A DNA stretch of 53,607 nt from Nitrospiraceae bacterium UBA2166 (GTDB taxonomy: Bacteria; Nitrospirota; Nitrospiria; Nitrospirales; UBA2166): assembly GCA_002328825.1 (NCBI GenBank), contig DCWI01000037.1, positions 1 to 53,607 on the forward strand. The letters run 5' to 3'. A program made the translations under genes and the position numbers. Below the pieces are notes generated by a model. That model was not told the origin of the DNA, made no database searches, and worked only from the letters and a program-made list of their open reading frames with translations. Shown here piece after piece: positions 10,648-20,206 of this stretch (position 1 is its first letter; each line of letters begins with the position of its first letter).

Positions 10648-10685
10648 TTAGGCTTGAGAAACGAGACGAAGCAGGATTTGGCAAC

Positions 10686-11435
10686 ATGGTTATTTTGAAG
10701 TCAGAGGAAGAGATTCGGTGTATGGCAAAGGCATCTAAGCTTGTTGCGGATGGGTTAACCATGCTGAAATCAATGGTTTGTCCGGGGGTCTTGCCCGTTG
10801 ATCTTGATAGTGCGGCGGAGGATTTTATTCGAACTCGCGGCGGTATTCCGGCGTTCAAGGGATATCGAGGATTTCCCGCAACCTTATGTGTGTCTGTGAA
10901 TGATCAGGTGGTGCATGGTATTCCGTTACGTCGTCCTTTGGAAAAGGGGGACATTGTAGGACTCGATTTGGGTGCGATCGTTGAAGGGTTTTATGGTGAT
11001 TCGGCAGTGACCGTGGCTGTTGGAACGATCTCTGATGATGCACAGCGTCTGATATCAGTAACTGAAGAGTCTTTACATCAAGGGATTGCCAAGGCTGTGG
11101 TAGGAAATCGATTGTCCGATATTTCTCACGCGATTCAAACATATGTAGAAGAAGCAGGGTTTTCAATTGTAAGAGAATTTGTTGGTCATGGTATTGGGAG
11201 GGATTTGCATGAAGACCCTCAGATTCCTAACTATGGGCTTCCCGGTCAGGGGCCGCGTTTAAGAAAAGGTATGGTGCTGGCAATTGAGCCGATGGTTAAT
11301 GAAGGGGCTCCAGACGTCCGTGTGCTAGATGATCAGTGGACGGCGGTGACGAAGGATGGAAGTTTCTCTGCTCATTTTGAACATACTCTTGTGGTTATGA
11401 ATGGGCAGCCAACTATTTTGACTCAATCATCTTGA
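10686..11435 (+). CDS. map: Methionine aminopeptidase type I
   Basis: M24A motifs (GYRGFPATLCVSVNDQVVHGIP, FVGHGIG, LAIEPM, SAHFEHT). Confidence 0.96.
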   Translation: MVILKSEEEIRCMAKASKLVADGLTMLKSMVCPGVLPVDLDSAAEDFIRTRGGIPAFKGYRGFPATLCVSVNDQVVHGIPLRRPLEKGDIVGLDLGAIVEGFYGDSAVTVAVGTISDDAQRLISVTEESLHQGIAKAVVGNRLSDISHAIQTYVEEAGFSIVREFVGHGIGRDLHEDPQIPNYGLPGQGPRLRKGMVLAIEPMVNEGAPDVRVLDDQWTAVTKDGSFSAHFEHTLVVMNGQPTILTQSS

Positions 11436-11469
11436 TTACAAGCGGACAACTTATTCATATTAGCTAGGG

Positions 11470-11697
11470 ATGGCAAAAGAAGGGGTAATAGAGGTAACTG
11501 GTATAGTGCAGGAGACTCTTCCCAACGCGATGTTTCGTGTTGAGTTGGAGAAAGGCCATCTTATACTTGCTCATGTTTCTGGGAAAATGAGGATGCGTTT
11601 TATTCGGATTTTGCCGGGTGACAGAGTTCAGGTTGAACTTTCTCCATATGACCTTACTCGGGGGCGAATTACCTATCGCATGAGGGGTGACAAATGA
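11470..11697 (+). CDS. infA: Translation initiation factor IF-1
   Basis: [30 protein letters not shown]...[21 protein letters not shown] is canonical IF-1. Confidence 0.98.
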   Translation: MAKEGVIEVTGIVQETLPNAMFRVELEKGHLILAHVSGKMRMRFIRILPGDRVQVELSPYDLTRGRITYRMRGDK

Positions 11698-11807
11698 AAG
11701 TGCGATCATCTGTGGGGCCGATTTGCTCCAAGTGCAAAGTTATTCGGCGGTATGGTGTAGTTCGCGTGATTTGTGTGGATCCTCGGCATAAGCAAAGGCA
11801 AGGTTAA
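11694..11807 (+). CDS. rpmJ: 50S ribosomal protein L36 (zinc form)
   Basis: Not in the ORF track (37 aa). My translation is [37 protein letters not shown]. The ATG overlaps the infA TGA (ATGA). It carries a CxxC...C...H motif. Confidence 0.93.
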   Translation: MKVRSSVGPICSKCKVIRRYGVVRVICVDPRHKQRQG

Positions 11808-11870
11808 TTGTGCTTGAGAGGTAGGAAGAGAGTATGAGTTGTGAATGAACGGGGGTGTAGGGATTGAGGT

Positions 11871-12251
11871 ATGGCTAGGATTTCTGGTGTAGATCTACCA
11901 CGCGAGAGGCCAGTGCACGTTGCTCTTACAGCTATCTACGGGATTGGTCGTTCGGCAGCGCTCCACATCCTTGAGAAAACTGGTGTGCCGATAGGGATTC
12001 GTGTGAAGGATCTTGAAGAGCCTCAGGTGCTCAAGATTCGAGATGCTATCGAAAAAACATATCAAGTCGAAGGGGATTTGCGTAGGCAACTTGCTGGAAA
12101 TATCAAAAGACTTGTTGATATTGGATGTTATCGTGGTCTTCGTCATCGGCGAAATCTTCCGTTGAGAGGTCAACGGACGAAGACTAACGCACGAACGTGC
12201 AAAGGGCCGCGAAAGTCCATTGGGCGTGCAAAAAAACCGGTACGTAAATAA
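11871..12251 (+). CDS. rpsM: 30S ribosomal protein S13
   Basis: [26 protein letters not shown]... is canonical S13. Confidence 0.97.
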   Translation: MARISGVDLPRERPVHVALTAIYGIGRSAALHILEKTGVPIGIRVKDLEEPQVLKIRDAIEKTYQVEGDLRRQLAGNIKRLVDIGCYRGLRHRRNLPLRGQRTKTNARTCKGPRKSIGRAKKPVRK

Positions 12252-12260
12252 GGACAATCC

Positions 12261-12644
12261 ATGGGTGCGCGAAAAGGTAAAAAGAAAGAACGAAAAAATG
12301 TTCAGAGCGGGATCGCTCACATTCAAGCATCTTTTAATAATACACTGGTATCCATCACGGATCTCGGTGGGAATGTGATTGTGTGGGCAAGTGCTGGAAC
12401 CGAAGGTTTTAAGGGCTCCCGAAAAAGTACACCGTTTGCAGCACAGCGCGCTGCTGATGCTGCGGCACGGAAGGCTCAGGAGCATGGGATGCGACAGCTT
12501 GACGTGTACGTCAATGGTCCTGGGTCAGGGCGTGAATCTGCGATTCGTGCTCTGCAGGCTTCTGGTTTGCGGATTAATGTGATTCGAGATGTTACTCCAA
12601 TTCCACACAATGGTTGTCGTCCTTCGAAGCGACGGAGAGTATAA
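12261..12644 (+). CDS. rpsK: 30S ribosomal protein S11
   Basis: [23 protein letters not shown]...[14 protein letters not shown] is canonical S11. Confidence 0.97.
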   Translation: MGARKGKKKERKNVQSGIAHIQASFNNTLVSITDLGGNVIVWASAGTEGFKGSRKSTPFAAQRAADAAARKAQEHGMRQLDVYVNGPGSGRESAIRALQASGLRINVIRDVTPIPHNGCRPSKRRRV

Positions 12645-12662
12645 AGATGTTGATGAGGGGTT

Positions 12663-13295
12663 ATGGCTAGATATACTGGATCCATTTGCCGGTATTGCCG
12701 GCGAGAATCGATAAAGTTGTTCTTGAAGGGAACGCGTTGTTTGACAGATAAATGCGCTGTTGAGCGACGAAATTATATTCCTGGGCAACACGGACAAAAG
12801 AAAACAAGGCGGCGTATTTCGGAGTATAGCCGACAGTTGAGAGAGAAACAGAAGCTGAAGCGAATTTATGGTCTTCTTGAACGACAGTTTGTTTTTACCT
12901 TTGAAAAGGCTGAGCGTCTAAAGGGAATGACGGGGGATAATTTGGTTAGTCTCCTCGAACGTCGTCTTGATAATGTTACTTATCGCTTGGGGCTTGCAAC
13001 CTCTAGAAAGGCTGCTCGTCAGTTGGTCAATCATGGGCATATTATGGTTAATAGCAAGAAGGTTGACATTCCGTCATTTCTTGTGAAGACAGATGATGTG
13101 ATTGAAGTACGGCTGCGAAGTAGAGAGAACGTGGCGATAAAAGCGTCAGTTGAATCCGTAGAGAGCCGAGGAATTCCGCCTTGGCTTGAATGGGATCACA
13201 CTCACTTGAAAGGGGCGGTACGTGGGTTGCCAACCAAGGAAGACGCTGCCATTCCTGTTGACGAGCAGCTTGTGGTAGTTTTGTATTCCCGATGA
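12663..13295 (+). CDS. rpsD: 30S ribosomal protein S4 (Cys-containing N-terminus)
   Basis: MARYTGSICRYCRRESIKLFLKGTRCLTDKC plus an S4 RNA-binding domain. Confidence 0.97.
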   Translation: MARYTGSICRYCRRESIKLFLKGTRCLTDKCAVERRNYIPGQHGQKKTRRRISEYSRQLREKQKLKRIYGLLERQFVFTFEKAERLKGMTGDNLVSLLERRLDNVTYRLGLATSRKAARQLVNHGHIMVNSKKVDIPSFLVKTDDVIEVRLRSRENVAIKASVESVESRGIPPWLEWDHTHLKGAVRGLPTKEDAAIPVDEQLVVVLYSR

Positions 13296-13332
13296 TCACC
13301 CATATTTTATACCTGTGGAGAGGAACTGACTC

Positions 13333-14313
13333 ATGGTGAAAGAGTTGAAGGGGTTCACTGTCCCTGGGAAAATTGAGATTGAACGAGATACTTTGACATC
13401 TCACTATGGAAAGATTGTAGCTGAGCCTCTAGAACGTGGATTTGGAATGACGTTGGGCAATACCCTTCGTCGTGTGATCCTTTCGTCGTTATATGGAGCA
13501 GCCGTGACATCGGTGAAGATTGAGGGAGTGCTTCATGAGTTTTCGACTATCCGTGGTGTGACGGAAGATGTGACTGAAATCATTCTAAATATCAAAAGGT
13601 TGAGGTTTAAAATCCATACTGATGAACCGAAAACTCTTAGGATCAAGAAAAAGGGCCAAGGCGAGGTCAAGGGAAGTGATATTACTAACGATAGTGGTAT
13701 CGATCTTCTCACCCCAGATATTCACATTGCCACGCTCGATAAAAGTGCTGCGATCGATATTGCTATGGTGGTGCAGCGGGGAAGGGGCTACGTGCCATCA
13801 GAGCGGCAGCAGTTGGATGGTGTGGAGATTGGGGTGATTCCCGTTGATGCTGTTTTTACGCCGACCAAACGGGTAAATTTTCATGTTGAAAATGCGCGCG
13901 TTGGTCAGATGACGGATTATGATAAGTTGATTATGGAGATATGGACCGATGGAAGCGTCGATCCTGAAGAGGCTGTGGCAACCGCGGCAAAAATTATTAG
14001 AGGACACCTTGATATTTTTATCCCCAAATCCGAACTTGAAACACCTGCAGGAGTTGTTCCTGCGGAAGATGATTCGGTTGAAATAAACAAGTATCTCACA
14101 CGTAGTGTCAGCGAGCTTGAGCTTTCAGTGCGGGCTGCAAATTGTCTCAAAAATGCCAAGATCAAAACTATTGGAGATCTCGTTCAAAAAACGGAAGGTG
14201 AAATGTTGAGGACGAAGAACTTTGGGAAAAAGTCGCTAACCGAGATCAAGGAAATGTTGATTGAGATGGGGTTAGGACTTGGAATAACACCTGAAAAGAC
14301 ACCGAAAAACTAG
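13333..14313 (+). CDS. rpoA: DNA-directed RNA polymerase subunit alpha
   Basis: 326 aa. The N-terminal domain (GFGMTLGNTLRRVILSS) and C-terminal domain (LELSVRAANCLKNAKIKTIGDL) are RpoA-like. Confidence 0.97.
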   Translation: MVKELKGFTVPGKIEIERDTLTSHYGKIVAEPLERGFGMTLGNTLRRVILSSLYGAAVTSVKIEGVLHEFSTIRGVTEDVTEIILNIKRLRFKIHTDEPKTLRIKKKGQGEVKGSDITNDSGIDLLTPDIHIATLDKSAAIDIAMVVQRGRGYVPSERQQLDGVEIGVIPVDAVFTPTKRVNFHVENARVGQMTDYDKLIMEIWTDGSVDPEEAVATAAKIIRGHLDIFIPKSELETPAGVVPAEDDSVEINKYLTRSVSELELSVRAANCLKNAKIKTIGDLVQKTEGEMLRTKNFGKKSLTEIKEMLIEMGLGLGITPEKTPKN

Positions 14314-14347
14314 GTTATCTACAGGCTTACGATAGGACTAGAGTTAT

Positions 14348-14743
14348 ATGCGTCACCGCAAAGATGGAAGACAGCTTGGTCGAAATACAGCACACAGGAA
14401 AGCCCTCTTTCGAAGCCTTCTTACTGCATTGCTTGATCATGGGCGGATCGAGACGACCTCAGCAAAGGCAAAAGAGTTGAAGGGGCTGGCCGATCGAATG
14501 ATTACGCTTGGAAAGTCTGGGACGCTTGCAGCGAGGCGAATTGCCTTGGCGCGTGTGTGGAAAAAAAGCGTCGTGGCGAAATTGTTTACTGAAATTGCAC
14601 CTCGGTTTGTGGATCGATCGGGTGGGTATACTAGGATTATTAAGACACGCAGGCGGGTGGGGGATGGTGCGGAGATGGTTGCGATTGAGCTTGTGTCGCA
14701 GGCCGAACACACGTCAGTAGTGGAACAGAAACCATCAACTTAG
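14348..14743 (+). CDS. rplQ: 50S ribosomal protein L17
   Basis: MRHRKDGRQLGRNTAHRKALFRSL...GGYTRI is canonical L17. Confidence 0.97.
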   Translation: MRHRKDGRQLGRNTAHRKALFRSLLTALLDHGRIETTSAKAKELKGLADRMITLGKSGTLAARRIALARVWKKSVVAKLFTEIAPRFVDRSGGYTRIIKTRRRVGDGAEMVAIELVSQAEHTSVVEQKPST

Positions 14744-14759
14744 TTAAGGAGAATGAAAA

Positions 14760-15092
14760 ATGGGATTACGACCGCTCCATGATTGGGTTATGGTCAAGCC
14801 GGCTGATGAGTTGGGCCAGTCTGCAGGGGGGATTTTGATTCCAGAGTCTTCTCAGGAAAAACCAAAACAAGGAACCATTCTTGCTGTTGGGGATGGGCGA
14901 GAGAAGGACAAGGATGATGAGAATGATCGCAGGCCTAAGTCCAAGGAGAAGGTTGAAAAGATATTTGTGAGGACAATTTTGAAGCCAGGGCAAGTAATTA
15001 TCTACGACCAGTGGGCAGGCCAAAAGGTTGAATTCGATGGAGAAGAGATAGTTATGGTGAAAGAATCTGAAGTCCTAGGAACTGTTGAGTAG
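14760..15092 (+). CDS. GroES/Cpn10-family co-chaperonin-like protein with a charged insertion
   Basis: LRPLHDWVMVKP...SAGGILIPESSQEKPKQGTILAVGDG...PGQVIIYDQWAGQKVEFDGEEIVMVKESEVLG follows the GroES pattern. An extra, highly charged segment (REKDKDDENDRRPKSKEKVEKIF) sits after GDG. No groEL follows. Confidence 0.8.
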   Translation: MGLRPLHDWVMVKPADELGQSAGGILIPESSQEKPKQGTILAVGDGREKDKDDENDRRPKSKEKVEKIFVRTILKPGQVIIYDQWAGQKVEFDGEEIVMVKESEVLGTVE

Positions 15093-15184
15093 CCCCGCCG
15101 ACATCGCGTAATATCGACGACCGAACAAGATACTAACTACAGTACAAGCCCAATTTTCTTCATCCCGCGGATGACTTAGCGGGG

Positions 15185-15379
15185 CTAACTTGCCTTTTTC
15201 TCGACAAATCCACTGCGTATGCACCTGGTGCACGCTCGGATGCGTTTTCCTGCTCCATTAATCTTTGCCCGAACAGTTTGAAGATTAATAGCAAATATTC
15301 TTTTTGTTCTGTTATTCGCATGGCTTACGTTGTTTCCAACCATCCGTTTTCGCCCACACAAATCACACGCCCGTGCCAT
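15185..15379 (-). CDS. rpmB: 50S ribosomal protein L28 (Cys4 form)
   Basis: [27 protein letters not shown]...CTRC is L28 with a 4-Cys motif. Confidence 0.95.
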   Translation of the reverse strand: MARACDLCGRKRMVGNNVSHANNRTKRIFAINLQTVRAKINGAGKRIRACTRCIRSGFVEKKAS

Positions 15380-15432
15380 CTTATAGCTCCTTGTTGCTTC
15401 CCTAAGGGACGGTATGCTATCACAGCTTCGCT

Positions 15433-17571
15433 ATGCTGAGCAAGACGAGTGGAAGTCCAGGATCATGCCTATCTGAGATGCCAATTCAATTTCTTAAAGG
15501 AGTTGGGCCAAAAAAAGCTGCCTTGTTTGCACGATTGGGTATTGAAACGGCTGAGGATCTTCTCTGGCATGTGCCTTGGCGCTATGAAGATCGCTCTACA
15601 CTTTTGAAAATTACTGATCTTTGTCATGGTGAGGAGTGTACTGTGGTCGGGAAGGTTGAAGATTATCGGCTGATTCGGACGAGACGACGTGCCTTCACGA
15701 TTTTTGAGGTAAGATTTGGAGATGAAACTGGGATGCTCAAAGCGAGATGGTTTAATCAATCGTATCTGCTTAATCTTTTTGAACAAGGCCAATTGGTAAT
15801 GTTAAGTGGCACTGTTCATAAGGGGCGACGTGGTAAGGCTGAGCCTGAGATGCAAAATCCTGTGTTTGAGATTATAGATGAAGAGATAGATCAGGAACCA
15901 ATTCATGTTGGGCGTATTGTGCCAATTTATCATGGAACAAGGGGGGTGAGTTCTCGTTTGATACGGGTGCTGATCAATCGGCTGCTTGACCAGTATCTGG
16001 GGCGGCTTAGTGATGTGATTCCTCAGAGTATTCGTAAACGTTTGGGACTAACAAATTTTGAAACTGCCATGACAGAAATCCATTTTCCCTTGGAAACTTC
16101 TGAGTGCGAAGGTCTGAATTGCGGGAGATCCGTTGCTCATCAGCGTCTTGCTTTTGATGAGTTGTTCCTTCTTGAGTTGGGTATGGGGATGAAAAAAGCA
16201 GGAATAAAAAAGAGGGATACTGGTATTACTTTTCAATGTGGAGGTCCGTTGTCCGAGCGCTTTCGGCAACACTTGCCATTCAAACTTATGGATTCTCAAG
16301 AATGTGTAATTCGTGAAATTATGACTGATATGGAATCGTCCTATCCGATGAATCGTTTGCTTCAGGGCGATGTTGGATGTGGAAAAACTGTGGTTGCTGC
16401 CTTTGCACTGGTGTGTGCGGCAGAATCAAAATATCAATCTGTAGTTTTGGTTCCTACTGAAATCCTCGCAGAACAACATTTCTTGACTTTCCGACGCCTT
16501 CTTGAACCGTTGGGGTTGCGGTGCTCGATTTTAATTGGAGGGCAATCGAAAACAGAACGAGGCGAATTGTTGCAAGGCCTTGGTGATGGAAGTATTGCCG
16601 TTACGATTGGGACACACGCACTGCTTCACGAAGACGTTGACTTTAAGCGCTTAGGGTTGGTTGTGGTGGATGAACAGCATAAATTTGGTGTACTTCAACG
16701 TGCTAGGATTACAGCCAAGGGAATGAATCCTGACATTCTTGTTATGACAGCGACGCCTATACCACGTACGTTGGCACTTACAGTATATGGAGACCTTGAT
16801 GTTTCAGTTATTTCAACACGTCCACCAGGTCGGCCACCCATTCATACTATACGAGTTTCCGAATTTCAAAGGAGTAAAGCATACCGGTTGATTCTAAATG
16901 AATTACAGAAAGCTCGACAAGGTTTTGTGATATACCCGTTGGTTGAAGAGTCTGAAAAAATGGATCTTCAAGCAGCGGCAAGTGGCTTGGAAAAATTAAA
17001 AATTGTTTTTCCCGATCACTATATTGGGTTGATTCACGGTCGAATGAAACCGTCAGAAAAAGACGCCGTGATGAACGCGTTCATTGATGGTGAAATTAAT
17101 CTTCTAGTTGCGACAAGTGTAGTGGAGGTCGGGATTGATATTCCCAATGCGACTATCATGTTGATTGAACATGCGGAGCGATATGGACTAGCACAGTTAC
17201 ATCAATTACGTGGGCGTATTGGACGAGGTGTAGAATCTTCGACGTGTATATTGATGACTGCGGGGAGAGGATCCCCAGAAACTACGAGGCGTTTGAACAC
17301 ATTGGTGAATACTAACGATGGATTTGCAATTGCTGAGGAAGATCTGATGATGAGGGGGCCAGGTGATTTTTTTGGGACTAGGCAGTGGGGGCTCCCTGAA
17401 CTCCGTGTTGCTAATCTCATTCGAGATGTTGTTTTGCTAGAGAAAGCTAGGACAGAGGCATTTAGAACTCTTGATAATGATCCACATCTTGCTCACCCTG
17501 ACCATGCTGGGTTAAAAGCAGTACTTTATCGCCGGTGGAAAGGGAAGCTTGACCTTATAGACGTGAGTTAA
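15433..17571 (+). CDS. recG: ATP-dependent DNA helicase RecG
   Basis: Wedge domain plus superfamily-2 helicase motifs (LLQGDVGCGKT, VVDEQHKFG, MTATPIPRT, QLHQLRGRIGRG). ATG 15478 is an alternative start. Confidence 0.95.
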   Translation: MLSKTSGSPGSCLSEMPIQFLKGVGPKKAALFARLGIETAEDLLWHVPWRYEDRSTLLKITDLCHGEECTVVGKVEDYRLIRTRRRAFTIFEVRFGDETGMLKARWFNQSYLLNLFEQGQLVMLSGTVHKGRRGKAEPEMQNPVFEIIDEEIDQEPIHVGRIVPIYHGTRGVSSRLIRVLINRLLDQYLGRLSDVIPQSIRKRLGLTNFETAMTEIHFPLETSECEGLNCGRSVAHQRLAFDELFLLELGMGMKKAGIKKRDTGITFQCGGPLSERFRQHLPFKLMDSQECVIREIMTDMESSYPMNRLLQGDVGCGKTVVAAFALVCAAESKYQSVVLVPTEILAEQHFLTFRRLLEPLGLRCSILIGGQSKTERGELLQGLGDGSIAVTIGTHALLHEDVDFKRLGLVVVDEQHKFGVLQRARITAKGMNPDILVMTATPIPRTLALTVYGDLDVSVISTRPPGRPPIHTIRVSEFQRSKAYRLILNELQKARQGFVIYPLVEESEKMDLQAAASGLEKLKIVFPDHYIGLIHGRMKPSEKDAVMNAFIDGEINLLVATSVVEVGIDIPNATIMLIEHAERYGLAQLHQLRGRIGRGVESSTCILMTAGRGSPETTRRLNTLVNTNDGFAIAEEDLMMRGPGDFFGTRQWGLPELRVANLIRDVVLLEKARTEAFRTLDNDPHLAHPDHAGLKAVLYRRWKGKLDLIDVS

Positions 17572-17668
17572 TTTTTGATTGGCGGGCGTTAAAGCATTCT
17601 CAATTTTGTTGTGTTTAAAGAGAAATCTTTGAGGCTTGATGTGAGATTTATGCCAAAGGGGCTATGTT

Positions 17669-18478
17669 GTGATGGCGGAGATAAATCCATTGCTTTCCTG
17701 GGCTGAGAGTCAAGTTTTTGCTGGCGGAACCTATGTTCGTGATATTGCTACTATAGCTTATTGCTCTTTCCGTGACTTGTTTCTCTCGTCATCTTTTCGA
17801 CGAGGAGCGATGATGAGAGTACTGTCACAGCAAATTGTTGTAACTGGTGGTGGTGCTTTTCCTATGGTCACAATCATGGCACTTTTGTTTGGCTCTGCCA
17901 TTATCATTCAATCTGGAGGAGATGAGTGGTCTGTTGGTGCCGAAAATCTCTTGAGGTTGATGCTGGTTGAAGTGCTGATCCGTGAATTCGGGGCACTTCT
18001 CATTGCATTCGTTGTGATTGGATGTTTTGGTGTGCCCATATGTAAGGAGTTGGCCAATCTATGCGTTGAGAATCAGATTAAAGCTTTACGCATGATGGGG
18101 ATTCGTATTTTAGGTTTTGTTGTGTTCCCGCAGATGCTTGTAGTTGTTGTGGCTATGATATGTCTAATAATTTATTTCTACCTAATTGCGATGATGGGAG
18201 GGATTATAGTTTCCACGTTTGTTTTTGGGGAACCAGTTTCCGTGTTTTTCTACACACTTGAACAATCAATCGGTCTAATTGATGTGCTCATCATGTTAAC
18301 AAAAGGGGTGATATTTGCTTTAGTAGTGGCAGTAATCTGCTGTCACCATGGATTGTTAGTTGAGCATGAGGTGTCAGGGGTTTCTCAGGCTACGATGCAT
18401 GCGGTAATGGGTTCAGTAATTGTATGTGTGTTGATAGAGGTACTGTTTATTTTGCTTCGGAGCGTGTTTTTTTCATGA
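17669..18478 (+). CDS. MlaE-family ABC permease-like protein (divergent)
   Basis: Multi-TM protein. LIREFGALLIAFVVIGCFGVPICKELANLCVENQIKALRMMGI aligns with the MlaE core motif (RELgP...GR.G....AE.G.M...EQIDAL) but with many substitutions. Confidence 0.7.
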   Translation: MMAEINPLLSWAESQVFAGGTYVRDIATIAYCSFRDLFLSSSFRRGAMMRVLSQQIVVTGGGAFPMVTIMALLFGSAIIIQSGGDEWSVGAENLLRLMLVEVLIREFGALLIAFVVIGCFGVPICKELANLCVENQIKALRMMGIRILGFVVFPQMLVVVVAMICLIIYFYLIAMMGGIIVSTFVFGEPVSVFFYTLEQSIGLIDVLIMLTKGVIFALVVAVICCHHGLLVEHEVSGVSQATMHAVMGSVIVCVLIEVLFILLRSVFFS

Positions 18479-19233
18479 GGAGGGAGTTTGCAATTGAGTT
18501 TTGTCAAGTTGGTGTGACTAGTGAGGGTGAAGAGAAGGTCAGGAGCCTCACGTTTGGTATTGGTTGTGGGGAGTTCGTGGTATTTGTAGGGCCACGCGGA
18601 GCGCGGAAAAGTCTATTGCTTGAGCTATGCGGTGGTATAATTTCTCCTTCTCAAGGTGTCGTTAAGACTCTAGGGGTAGATTTAACGAGGACCAGTCGGA
18701 CTGAACAGAGCCTCCTACGACGACGGATTGGCATGGTGTTTCAGAAGCCAGCACTTCTGAACAATTTGACAGTGTTTGAAAATGTTGCGTTACCTCTTCA
18801 TTACCACACTGTACTTGACAATGATGCAGTGCACGGGAAGGTGATGGCGAGGTTATCGGAGCTTGGGATCAGTCTTTATCGTGATCTTTTTCCTACTGAG
18901 ATTACTCATGGGAAGTCAAAGTTGGTCGCACTTGCAAGAGCTCTTGTACTTGGTCAAGAGCTTATTCTTATTGATGATCCATTTGCAGGGCTTGATGATG
19001 GGAATGTGATGAGGCTAACGTCAATTTTTGAGCATTATCAGGCTGAGGGCAGGGTTACTATTGTTGTTGCGATGAGCAATCCTTCTCATCTTCTTCATAT
19101 GGCAAACCGAGTAGCATTGGTTTTGGATGGGCGTATTGTTGAGATGGGGAGTTTGACAGAGGTATACAACAATGTTGATGAAGAGAGGGAAAGAGCATAC
19201 GTGACATGGGAAGATAAAGTGTGTGCTAGGTAG
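18475..19233 (+). CDS. ABC ATPase-like protein (MlaF-like) with degenerate catalytic motifs
   Basis: The ATG overlaps the permease TGA (ATGA). It has the ABC fold pattern and a Q-loop (MVFQKPAL). Walker A is GPRGARKS, the signature is ITHGKSK, Walker B is LILIDDP, and the H-loop region is MSNPSH. Confidence 0.7.
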   Translation: MRREFAIEFCQVGVTSEGEEKVRSLTFGIGCGEFVVFVGPRGARKSLLLELCGGIISPSQGVVKTLGVDLTRTSRTEQSLLRRRIGMVFQKPALLNNLTVFENVALPLHYHTVLDNDAVHGKVMARLSELGISLYRDLFPTEITHGKSKLVALARALVLGQELILIDDPFAGLDDGNVMRLTSIFEHYQAEGRVTIVVAMSNPSHLLHMANRVALVLDGRIVEMGSLTEVYNNVDEERERAYVTWEDKVCAR

Positions 19234-19461
19234 GATGGGTTTTCAAGTAAACTTTTTCTAATCCTTCTTGAGTAGACTTGTAGTGTGTCATTTATGTTGA
19301 AACAAGGCTTGAAAAAGAACGAGGCGTAGCATTTTTCTCTTGGTATGGAAAATTTCTGATGGTGCTACGGATGTTTTCGGGAGCCATCACTAGGTAAAAT
19401 TAACAAGATGGTAAAACACGTTCAGTAGATGCGTTCAGGAATGGATAGTCCATCTTGATAT

Positions 19462-19854
19462 TTATCGATGTCGTATGATTGCAACAAGTAAAAGGGTCCA
19501 TGAGGCAATAAATGCGGCCCCTCCGATTGGTGTAATTGCTCCTAGCCATCGTGTTGATGTAAGGCTGAGGGTATATAAGCTTCCAGAGAATATGACGATT
19601 CCAAAGAACATCAACCAACCCGCTAATTTGATGATGGTCTGTCCAGGAAATTGATGTGAAAATAGGCCTATGAAGAGTAACCCTAGGGCGTGGTAAAATT
19701 GGTACTGAACGGCTGTTTGGTACACTGTAAAAAGATCTGGGGCCATCCATAATTTGAGACCATGCGCGCCAAACGCGCCGAGGCCCACCCCGGTTAGTGC
19801 GTTGACGATCCCTAAGAGGAAAAAAACCTTTGTAGTACTTTGCAACAGAAACAC
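19462..19854 (-). CDS. DUF423 (YgdD/TMEM256-like) membrane protein
   Basis: 130 aa with 4 TM segments. GVGLGAFGAHGLK...YQFYHALGLL...FSGSLY is typical of DUF423. Confidence 0.85.
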   Translation of the reverse strand: MFLLQSTTKVFFLLGIVNALTGVGLGAFGAHGLKLWMAPDLFTVYQTAVQYQFYHALGLLFIGLFSHQFPGQTIIKLAGWLMFFGIVIFSGSLYTLSLTSTRWLGAITPIGGAAFIASWTLLLVAIIRHR

Positions 19855-20206
19855 CTCCGATTGTCTGAATAGTCAGACTCGTTGTCCGGGTTGATCTCTT
19901 TATTTTGTACGCCGCCATGGGAGACAGTAGGACGGAGTAGAACTTATTCTGGGACAATTCGTCAAGAGTTAACTGTAGGCGTTTGCATTGGTGAAGTCCA
20001 AGATATTCTGACAGCTCTTGGTAGCTCTGCACTAAATTCACATACATATATATTGTTTTGTATCTTAAGAAGAGAACCCCTATTGCGTCTGCCTCAAAAA
20101 AACTAGATACTACAAAAATGAATGCTGGTTTCGTGAATCGAGCTACAGTATTGTCGACTAATGGGATGTCTGGATTGCGTTTTTGTGAACGTAATGGCAG
20201 GTTGCA

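Noticed and set aside
15090-15187. A 9-bp perfect inverted repeat, TAGCCCCGC...GCGGGGCTA, embedding the stop codons of the convergent GroES-like and rpmB genes.
   Set aside because: The arms are about 80 nt apart and no U-tract follows, so it is not a credible intrinsic terminator. A 9-mer match may be chance. Recorded only as a curiosity.
19400-20047. A 215-aa minus-strand ORF overlapping the DUF423 gene in another frame.
   Set aside because: The overlapping 130-aa frame has a clear DUF423 four-TM signature. The longer ORF has no family resemblance and an odd composition.
19855-20206. A possible NiCo (czcD-type) riboswitch upstream of the Ni/Co transporter.
   Set aside because: I only see scattered ACAG and GGGA words and cannot reconstruct the four-way junction by eye. 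It needs a covariance-model search, so I make no claim.
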